Part shown: positions 51,301 to 60,180 of the stretch, piece by piece
Layout: the number at the start of each line of letters is the position of its first letter
Position numbering within the stretch: the first letter of the stretch is position 1
Assembly: GCA_002269645.1 (NCBI GenBank)
Contig: NIVC01000356.1
Span: 372,001 to 436,000, forward strand
Reading direction: 5' to 3'
Source of the DNA: Macrostomum lignano
Lineage: Eukaryota
Length of the DNA: 64,000 bases
The notes under the pieces: generated by a model
Told to the model about the DNA's origin: nothing
The model's input: the letters and a program-made list of their open reading frames with translations, nothing else
Databases searched by the model: none
Translations under genes and position numbers: made by a program

Positions 51301-54300
51301 ACTCCAGCAGACTAAATCTCACTCCAGTAGACTAAATTTCACCCCAGCAGACTATAAGTGATTTCACTACAGCAGACTAAATGATGTCACTACAGCAGAC
51401 TAAATGATTTCACTACAGCAGACTAAATGATGTCACTACAGCAGACTAAATGATGTCACTACAGCAGACTAAATGATGTCACTGCAGCAAACTAAATGTC
51501 ACTCCAGCAGACTAAAGATCACTCGAGCAGACTAAAGATCACTCGAGCAGACTAAATGTCACTCCAGCAGACTTATGTCACTCCAGCAGACTAAATGTCA
51601 GCTAAGTAAAGCGTCAGCTTAATATCCTAAAAGAGGGGGGGGGGCAGCTGCCCCCCTTTGCCCCGTTCCTCGGTACCTGAGCACCACACCAACAATGATA
51701 CCATATCAGAGACTCGAACAAACCTCGCAGTCCCCAGACCCGTCGTCCAGCTCCCGAAAGTGTACAGCGTCGTCCAAATCCCTGGCCGTTTCCGGGTCCA
51801 CGGTGAACACGCAGTACCGGCTGGGATCTCGGAAATCCCGCCTGCGAGCAACTTCTTCACTGTCGATATCGGCGGAAATTTCGGCCACCTCGGCCAATGT
51901 GTCCGGTTCGAAATCTTCAGCATCGATGCTGTGATGCTCGAGTATGACTCTGGTCTCCAATTCGAGATCAATGCGGCCGGCCGCCCGGTTGCCAAGCTGG
52001 CGAGAGATTCGAACCTGCGGCATCCGGCACTCTGGGCGCCAGTCGTTGGCCAGTTCGGCTACGAACAGGGTGCGCTCGAAGTCGCCCGGCCGGCTGGCAA
52101 ACATCGGCGGCAGGTCGGAGCGGGGCACCAGGCAGCGCGGCTGGCGGGAGTCCAGCGGAGCGAACAGAACCATCGGCTGAGGGAGGGGAAGCGAGGACGC
52201 CGTGAATGCTTTGGGGGAAGTTGAACAGGTCCATTTCGCGTTAGAAATAGGGCACTCTCTCGTTAGAAATAGGCCCCTCTATCGTTATAAATAGGCCCCT
52301 CTATCGTTAGAAATAGGCCCTTCTATCGTTAGAAATAGGCCCTTCTATCGTTAGAAATAGGCCCCTCTATCGTTAGAAATAGGCCCTTCTATCGTTAGAA
52401 ATAGGCCCCTCTATCGTTAGAAATAGGCCCTTCTATCGTTAGAAATAGGCCCTTCTATCATTAGAAATAGGCCCTTCTATCGTTAGAAATAGGCCCTTCT
52501 ATCGTTAGAAATAGGCCCTTCTATCGTTAGAAATAGGCCCCTCTATCGTTAGAAATAGGCCCTTCTATCGTTAGAAATAGGCCCCTCTATCGTTAGAAAT
52601 AGGCCCTTCTATCGTTAGAAATAGGCCTCTCTATCGTTAGAAATAGGCCCTTCTATCGTTAGAAATAGGCCCTTCTATCGTTAGAAATAGGCCCTTCTAT
52701 CGTTAGAAATAGGCCCTTCTATCGTTAGAAATAGGCCCCTTTATCGTTAGAAATAGGCCCTTCTATCGTTAGAAATAGGCCCCTCTATCGTTAGAAATAG
52801 GCCCTTCTATCGTTAGAAATAGGCCCTTCTATCGTTGGAAATAGGCCCTTCTATCGTTAGAAATAGGCCCCTCTATCGTTAGAAATAGGCCCTTCTATCG
52901 TTAGAAATAGGCCCCTCTATCGTTAGAAATAGGCCCTTCTATCGTTAGAAATAGGCCCTTCTATCATTAGAAATAGGCCCTTCTATCGTTAGAAATAGGC
53001 CCTTCTATCGTTAGAAATAGGCCCTTCTATCGTTAGAAATAGGCCCCTCTATCGTTAGAAATAGGCCCTTCTATCGTTAGAAATAGGCCCCTCTATCGTT
53101 AGAAATAGGCCCTTCTATCGTTAGAAATAGGCCTCTCTATCGTTAGAAATAGGCCCTTCTATCGTTAGAAATAGGCCCTTCTATCGTTAGAAATAGGCCC
53201 TTCTATCGTTAGAAATAGGCCCTTCTATCGTTAGAAATAGGCCCCTTTATCGTTAGAAATAGGCCCTTCTATCGTTAGAAATAGGCCCCTCTATCGTTAG
53301 AAATAGGCCCTTCTATCGTTAGAAATAGGCCCTTCTATCGTTGGAAATAGGCCCTTCTATCGTTAGAAATAGGCCCCTCTATCGTTAGAAATAGGCCCTT
53401 CTATCGTTAGAAATAGGCCCCTCTATCGTTAGAAATAGGCCCTTCTATCGTTAGAAATAGGCCCCTCTATCGTTGGAAATAGGCCCTTCTATCGTTAGAA
53501 ATAGGCCCTTCTATCGTTAGAAATAGGCCCCTCTATTGTTAGAAATAGGTTACTCTCCGTGAGAAATAGGTTACACTCATGTAAGAAATAGGTCACTCTC
53601 GTTAGAAATGCCACTTTTAAAAGAGCAATGTCACTCTTGAGAGAATCATGTCACTCTGGGGAGAATCATGTCACTCTTAAAAAGAATGATATCCCTTTTC
53701 AAAAAGTCATGTCACTTTAGTATACATGTCACTCGGTTTAGATCGATTTATCGTGTTTGCCCATTTATCATCTGATCATTAAAAAAACACAAAATGCCGT
53801 CAATCTCAGAGTTCAGGCACTCCCAGAAAGCAATATGTGAGCAATCATCTCACCTGATTAGAACTGTTGCCAGGCTTCACGTAGCCAACAAACCTCCTAT
53901 TAGCTAGCTGGCGAACAATGGCCACCACCTGACCGATTCGTTGCACCTTGTCAACTGGTAAAGGCTGGCACGGGTCTGCGTTGGATTTCAGTATGGCAGC
54001 AATTGCCGACTCCTCGCCATTGTCGCCTTCACCCTCGCCATCGTCGTCGCCCCGACTGTCCGGATAGACAACGCCAGGGAACAGTGCGGCGAAGGTGGCC
54101 TGACCGCTGGCTAGGACAGACTCCACCGTCGGCGGCTGCTGCTGCTGGCCGAACTTCGACGGCGTCGATTCGATGTCGAGGCCAGCAGCGCTGCTCGGGT
54201 CCAGGCCGATGACCCGCCAGCTCGCGACCTGGCGACGCATGAAAGGCACATTAGTGACAATTCAGTGACATATTTAGCGGCACTCCAGTGACAATTCAGT

Positions 54301-57143
54301 GACACATTTAGCGACACTCCAGTGACAATTCAGTGACACATTTAGCGACACTCTAGTGACGCTTCAGTCATACATGCGCAACCTAGGGATTCACCCGGCC
54401 GTTTCTATTGGCAACACACACATGTAAGTCGCTATTGGCTGAGAGCAGTCACGTGACTACTATTCTGTCCAATAGCGACTTACATGTGTGTGTTGCCAAT
54501 AGAAACGGCCGGGTGAATCCCTAGGTTGCGCCCAAGCATGCTTCAGTGACACATTTATCGACACTCTAGTGACAATTCAGTGACACATTTAGGGACATTC
54601 TAGTGACAGATCAGTGACACATTTAGCGACATTCTAGAGACAAAAAATCATGCCACAACTTACCGGCTTGATCCGCAGAGCGACTTCGTCGTCATTAAGC
54701 GCCCTATTGCGATCAATCAGGCTGGTAATTAGAATGTCGGAATCGCCGTTCGGGTGACTAACAAACGCTTCTTCGAAATTTCTCTGACTAATTCGCACCT
54801 GGCCAGTGATTAACTCGCCGGAAGCCAGACCGGCGGACACCTCCTGATTAAGAAAGAGAAAACATTTATTGAGTATAAAGTGCACAAATAGCAAGCTGTT
54901 TATGTCTGAACGTCAGCTTCTGATTTTCATAAAAAATAGTTTTTGCATTCTTAATTGCCACTGAATTGAAAGTAGCAACTCTAATACAGTTGATGGAGAG
55001 GCCTGAGTGGAGTTCAGTGTCCTCATGGCAACCCATGACTCTACAGGAGGCACAATGAAGCAGCTCAGCTGGATAATGCCTTCCTAACTCTCGGGCCAAA
55101 TCATGTAGTCACATTGATTTGTAGATCTTGCCAACAAGTTTGGGCTTTTGAGTCCAAGGTTGTAGCCAAGTCACTAGAGCGCCAGACTCGCGACTGAAAG
55201 GTCGGGGGTTCGATTCTCGACCCGATCGGAACAATCTGTGTCCTTGAGCAAGACAACTTAACTCTGCATTGCTTCAGTTCACCCAGCTGTAAAATGGGTG
55301 CCATGCAGGATTAGCTGGGGGTAATTGACGGTGTGTGTGTGGCGACCCCACAGTCCTTGGACTGAACAGCCGTACGCAGCCTTCAGATGCGCTGCGCAAT
55401 AGCTGCGGCTGAGCTGTCGGTTGCACATCTGCCCATTGGGGCAGGTGTAGTCAATTATTATTGTATTATTACCGACGATCAGAAAGCCGAGGCATTTATG
55501 TCAGTGAACACCGAGACCCGCGTCCCAGAGTCGCTTGCGTCGCGCCAGTCGTTTCAGAATCGTTGCAGGCAACACGTAGGTAAAATAGGAAAGAAGTGAC
55601 TCTAGACGACTCTTGAAACGACGAGATGTCACGGTAAAAGTCGCCAAAAAGTCGCCAAAGTCTTTTAAGAGTCTATTTAAGGCGTTTTATTGTCTGCGAC
55701 TCTGGGCGCCGGAGTCGTATCTGAGACGTGCCCGAGTGGCTGCAGAACCACTGAGTTGCGTCTAAAGTGCATCTGCGTCACTTTAATGAATTAAAATCGC
55801 ATTTCACATCGATGACAACTCCATTTAGGCTACTTGAGTTAGTAGCAAGTTAATCGCCAACACAACGACTTTTGGACGACTTTCTCGCGACTCTTTTAAG
55901 ATTCTGCAACTCACGCGATGCACTCGTGACTGAACAGTCGCCTCTTCGTTGCATTGCAGTCGTTTGAGTCATTAAAAAGTCACAAGAGTCGCTATTAAGT
56001 TGTTTGCAATGACTCTTTAGCGATTCTTGTCGCGGTAACGTTTTCATCGGGTGATCGCGTGCCTACCTACTATTATTTTTATTAGAGGCAGGGGGTTGTG
56101 TGCACCCTGGCGCACTTTAAGCGACATTGGCACACAACCGGCGAGAGGCATTACTGCCCATTCCGCCGACTCCCCTGAGCAGGCATACAAGCGCGCGGAT
56201 ACGTACGCAGGCACACACTCACACAGGAGTGTACAGCGGCCCTAACTTTATATTATCGTTAGGCATGTACAACTGCGCCTTGGGGGGTTGGCTCTCAAGG
56301 CCGTTAATTGCACGAGCAGAGCCAAGCCGAGATTCCAATTCAGCCCCAAATTAATGTGACTGCACTTGGAATCGAGCCTGGGTCGCTGGCACACCAGAGC
56401 AGCTGCGCTACCGCTGGGCTACGGCCCCCCGTGCCTACCTACTATCAACCTATCTACTTCAACAGAGATCTATACGATAAAGTTGCAGACAACTCCATCT
56501 AGACAGTCACCTCAGGTGTCAGGTGAGCTACGAACTGCGACGAAGCTCCGTTGGCGCCACCGCCGCCGCTGCCGAACTGTTGCTGCGACTGCCGATGCCC
56601 GCCGCGATGCCCAGCGCCAGGATAAGGCTGGCCGCTACTGAACTGCCGCTGCTGCTGCTGATAGTGATGATGCTGACTGGCGCCGCCACGGCGACCACCG
56701 CGTTTGCCAACAGCGCCAGGATACTGATGATGATGATGCTGATGGTGATGATTGGGATTGTAGTGTGGATGGTGCCCGCCACCCCGATGATGATGATGCT
56801 GATGATGATGATGAGGAGGCTGCGGATATCCCGGAGCGTGATGCGGCGGCGGCAGCGGTGGCGGCGGCTGCGGCATCTGATGCTGAATCGAAGTTGATGA
56901 AGAAGCAGCCGCTGCTGCGCTGCACTGCAGCTGAGTCTGGGCGCCAGGCAGCGGCGGGCCCTGCAGCTGGGCACCGGCGCCTTCGGGCGGACAGCCCGGA
57001 CGGAACACCAGCGGGACAGAAGCCGCCGTACTGGAAGCGCCGTTCGACGTGGAATTGTTGCCGCATTGCTGCTGCTGCTGCGGCGATGCAGCTGACTGCT
57101 GAGTTTGACTACTCACATTAGTAGCCTCTGATGAGTCGGACAT
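45351..57143 (-). CDS. DIS3L2: DIS3-like exonuclease 2 paralog b (canonical-looking), ~1074 aa
   Basis: Exons: 57143-56511, 54843-54664, 54228-53854, 52176-51724, 51029-50682, 49532-49023, 48054-47797, 46554-46282, 45545-45351 (TAA), all phase 0. Motifs: FVAHLTPE|[28 protein letters not shown]...[72 protein letters not shown]1 domain. Confidence 0.93.
45595..46235. repeat. 28-bp minisatellite GGGAGGCTGGCCCAGCAACTGGGGATCT
   Basis: Last intron of DIS3L2b. Confidence 0.94.
46660..47700. repeat. 47-bp AT-rich minisatellite CTACTTGCAGTAGTAGGCTAGCTAAAACACTAAATAAAATTTCAATT
   Basis: DIS3L2b intron. Confidence 0.94.
48170..48905. repeat. 23-bp minisatellite TTTTGAGAGATGCTTTGCGGCAG
   Basis: DIS3L2b intron. 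Confidence 0.92.
49610..50630. repeat. 22-23-bp minisatellite TCTAGAGGTGGTTTACAGGCGAA
   Basis: DIS3L2b intron. Confidence 0.93.
51240..51600. repeat. 20-23-bp minisatellite TCACTCCAGCAGACTAAATG
   Basis: DIS3L2b intron. Confidence 0.88.
52245..53550. repeat. 22-bp minisatellite CGTTAGAAATAGGCCCTTCTAT, ~59 copies
   Basis: DIS3L2b intron. Confidence 0.95.
54250..54640. repeat. 34-bp minisatellite CAGTGACACATTTAGCGACACTCTAGTGACAATT, interrupted by the MITE
   Basis: DIS3L2b intron 2. Confidence 0.88.
54369..54539. mobile_element. 171-bp hairpin MITE with 8-bp TSD (hAT-like TSD length)
   Basis: Perfect 63-bp inverted arms 54376-54438 / 54469-54531. GCTTCAGT is duplicated at 54361-54368 and 54540-54547; this variant does not occur in the other host repeat units. 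Confidence 0.85.
55158..55471 (+). mobile_element. tRNA-derived SINE with CORE-like central domain
   Basis: A-box-like TAGCCAAGTCAC, B box GTTCGATTC (55208-55216), then TCCTTGAGCAAGACAACTTAAC...CAGCTGTAAAATGGG (55241-55298), which resembles the MIR/CORE consensus as I recall it. Ends in a TTA-type tail. Confidence 0.75.
55521..56050. mobile_element. GTCG/CGAC-rich dispersed repeat, probable DNA-transposon relic
   Basis: 11-bp inverted repeat CCCAGAGTCGC (55524-55534) / GCGACTCTGGG (55696-55706). Segment 55521-55575 aligns by eye with 29866-29922. Confidence 0.45.
56074..56429 (-). mobile_element. Full-length tRNA-derived SINE with 16-bp TSD
   Basis: Minus strand starts GGGGGCCGTAGCCCAGCGGTAGCGC (A box), has GGCTCGATTCC (B box, one mismatch) and ends in an A-rich tail (AATAAAAATA). 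CGTGCCTACCTACTAT is duplicated at 56058-56073 and 56430-56445. Confidence 0.8.
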
Positions 57144-57289
57144 GACTTTTCTATTGTAAGCTTGGATTGGTATTCTTCACTTGCTTATGCAATCCGCTGA
57201 AATGAAAATATAGAAATACCTTTACACTTTGAAAATAGCTTAACACGACCTCTGGTCCTTCGGGGGTGAAAACACAAGACCTCCGGTCC

Positions 57290-57625
57290 TTCGGCGGGAG
57301 CCGCTAACCCTTAGGCCTGTGGTCCTTCAGCGGGAGCCGCTAACCCTTAGGCCTGTGGTCCTTCAGCGGGAGCCGCTAACCCTTAGGCCTGTGGTCCTTC
57401 AGCGGGAGCCGCTAACCCTTAGGCCTGTGGTCCTTCAGCGGGAGCCGCTAACCCTTAGGCCTGTGGTCCTTCAGCGGGAGCCGCTAACCCTTAGGCCTGT
57501 GGTCCTTCAGCGGGAGCCGCTAACCCTTAGGCCTCTGGTCCTTCAGCGGGAGCCGCTAACCCTTAGGCCTCTGGTCCTTCAGCGGGAGCCGCTAACCCTT
57601 AGGCCTCTGGTGCTTCAGCGGGAGC
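57290..57625. repeat. 36-bp minisatellite CGGGAGCCGCTAACCCTTAGGCCTGTGGTCCTTCAG
   Basis: About 150 bp upstream of the DIS3L2b ATG. Confidence 0.94.
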
Positions 57626-58227
57626 GAGAACCCAAGACCTCTGGGCCTTCAATGATCAAATAGAAAGCCGTCTTACCATTAAGCAGAACCGAGATCGAAC
57701 AGCAAAGATAGGGTATAAAAATGATTAATAGTCTGACTAATTAAAATTTCGGCGTTTTGCTTGGGTACTCAATGACAAGCCTAAACTTACAGTATGCATA
57801 GATATATGGATCTCAGTAGGAATAGGAGTGTTCCCCACAGACAAAAAAAGAATTTTAAACACACAGGAGAATGAATGAAAGGCAAATGAGCTAACTAAAG
57901 GAACAGTATATATTTCGTATTCAAATCTTGGTTTTTCAGTATCAAGATTGAAGATTGCGCAAACATGAATACTATGAGTAGAAATGGTCATGCAATTTAA
58001 TAACAAAAAATAACCCTTGGTCAGTAATAGACAGCTGAATTTATTAAAAGTATTACCATGAATTAGCCTTAACAAACAATAATGGGCTGTTCTCTATATA
58101 TATTCATATACCAAAAGTGTTATGAACGAAAATGAGTGGCTAACTAATAAACTGTGAAAGCGGTTAGGCTATAATGAAAAAAGCGAAAATTTAAGCCTCT
58201 CATTGGAGTTTCTTTTAGACCGACCGA

Positions 58228-59746
58228 TCAGATCTTCAGCAGCATCGGAGCTACCAGACTGTCCGCCTTCTCTCGGCCCTGTGAATTTAGAGTGGGACAA
58301 CAAACGGATGATGGATTATCGGGAGCAGAAACATAACATCAGAGAAAAACAACATATGCCATCAGACTACAAGAATCCCAGATCCCATCAGACCAGAAGA
58401 ACCCCAGATCCCATCAGACCAGAAGAATCCCAGATCCCAATCAGACCAGAAGAATCCCAGATCCAAATTAGACCCGAAGAATCCCAAATCCGAAGCAAAC
58501 AGCGGAATCAAAAATCCCAAGCAAACAGAGGAATCCCAGATCCCAAGCAAGCAGATAAATCCCAGATCCCAATCAAACAGAAGAATCCCAAATCCCAATC
58601 AAACAGAAGAACCCCAGATCCCAATTAAACAGAGGAATCCCAAATCCCAATCAAACAGAATAATCCCAGATCCCAATCAAACAGAAGAATCCCAGATCCC
58701 AATCAAACAGAAGAATCCCAAATCCCAATCAAACAGAACAATCCCAGATCCCAATCAAACAGAAGAATCCCAAATCCCAATCAAACAGAACAATCCCAGA
58801 TCCCAATCAAACAGAGGAATCCCAAATACCAATCAAACAGAGGAATCCCAGATCCCAATCAAACAGAAAAATCTCAGATCCCAAGCAAACAGAAGAATCT
58901 CAAATCCCAAGCAAACAGAAGAATTCCAAATCCCAAGCAAACAGAGGAATCCCAGATCCCAAGCAAACAGAATAATCCCAGATTCCAAGTAAACACACGA
59001 ATCCCAAATCCCAAGCAAACAGAAGAATCCCAATTCCCAAATCCCAAGCAAACAGAAGAATCCCAGATCCAAATCAAACAGAATAAAATCCCAGATCCCA
59101 ATCAAACAGAGGAATCCCAAATCCCAATCAAACAGAGGAATCCCAGATCCCAATCAAACAGAGGAATCCCAGATCCCAATCAAACAGAGGAATCCCAAAT
59201 CCCAATCAAACAGAAGAATCCCAGATCCCAATCAAACAGAAGAATCCCAGATCCCAATCAAACAGAAGAATCCCAAATCCCAATCAAACAGAAGAATCCC
59301 AGATCCCAAGGCAATCCACCAACCTGCAGCAGCTCGACAAGCTTCAGGGCAAACTCGAACGCCGTACCCGGTCCCCGGCTAGTAACCAGGCGACCGTCGG
59401 CCGCAACGCAGACTCGCTCCTCGGAATAATTGTAGCTCTTCAGCTGATCCCGCACGCTAGGATGCGAGGTGACGGTTGAGCCGGGCAGGATGGTGTGGCT
59501 CTCCAGCGCGATGCTGGCAGCGCAGATGGCGGCGACAATACCACCTGCGGCGTAGTGCCGCTCCAGCAGGGCCTTCACTGGCAGAGAGGCGGCGAAAGCT
59601 TTGGCGCCGGGCAGGCCGCCGGGAAGCACAACGCAGTCGAATGCACGATCGGCCACGCTGGCCAGCGAGGCGTGCGGCTGGATGCGGACGTTCCGACTGC
59701 AGGTGACAGCGTCGGCTGATTCCAAGCCGGCGATGGTGACGTCAAC
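58228..59746 (-). CDS. PARK7: DJ-1/PARK7 homolog, N-terminal coding exon (~30 aa) not found in the window
   Basis: Exon 59746-59324 (VDVTIAGL...FDCVVLPGGLPGA...IVAAICAA with the Cys106-equivalent...VTSHP...LVTSRGPGTAFEFALKLVELLQ) splices in phase 0 to exon 58278-58228 (GREKADSLVAPMLLKI*). The acceptor falls where the first coding intron of human DJ-1 lies (after ...RRAG). Confidence 0.93.
58370..59310. repeat. 26-bp minisatellite CCCAGATCCCAATCAAACAGAAGAAT
   Basis: Last intron of DJ-1. Confidence 0.93.
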
Positions 59747-59859
59747 CTGGCCGGATCGGTAAATAATTTTCAAGGTGCGCCATTGCGGGCCTACGAAAAT
59801 TGACTGTTGAAACTTAGCTGTCACAAACTGACTGTCAGCTGTTTAACTATTGAAAATTG

Positions 59860-60180
59860 AATTCTGACCCAAACCCTAACCTAAACTCTGACCCAAACCC
59901 AAACCTAAAGTCTGACCCAAACCCAAACCTAAAGTCTGACCCAAAGCCTAACCTAAAGTCTGACCCAAACCCAAACCTAAAGTCTGACCCAAACCCTAAC
60001 CTAAAGTTGGACCCAAACTGTTACCCAAAGTGTGAGCCAACCCAGACCCAAATCTAAACCTGACCCAATTCTGACTTGAACCCTGACCAAAACCCTAATC
60101 TAAACCTTGACCTAAACATTGACCCTGATGCAAACCCCAACATAAACCCTGACTAAAGCCTATCTAACCCTGACTTAAGC
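59860..60180. repeat. 24-bp repeat AAACCTAAAGTCTGACCCAAACCC, decaying rightwards
   Basis: Upstream of the DJ-1 acceptor, abutting the compositional break. Confidence 0.85.

Noticed and set aside
55158-55222. tRNA gene
   Set aside because: A and B boxes are present, but no complete cloverleaf or oligo-T terminator. It continues into a SINE body and tail.
57290-57625. Telomeric repeat array
   Set aside because: TAACCC/TTAGG occur once per 36-bp unit and not as tandem TTAGGG.
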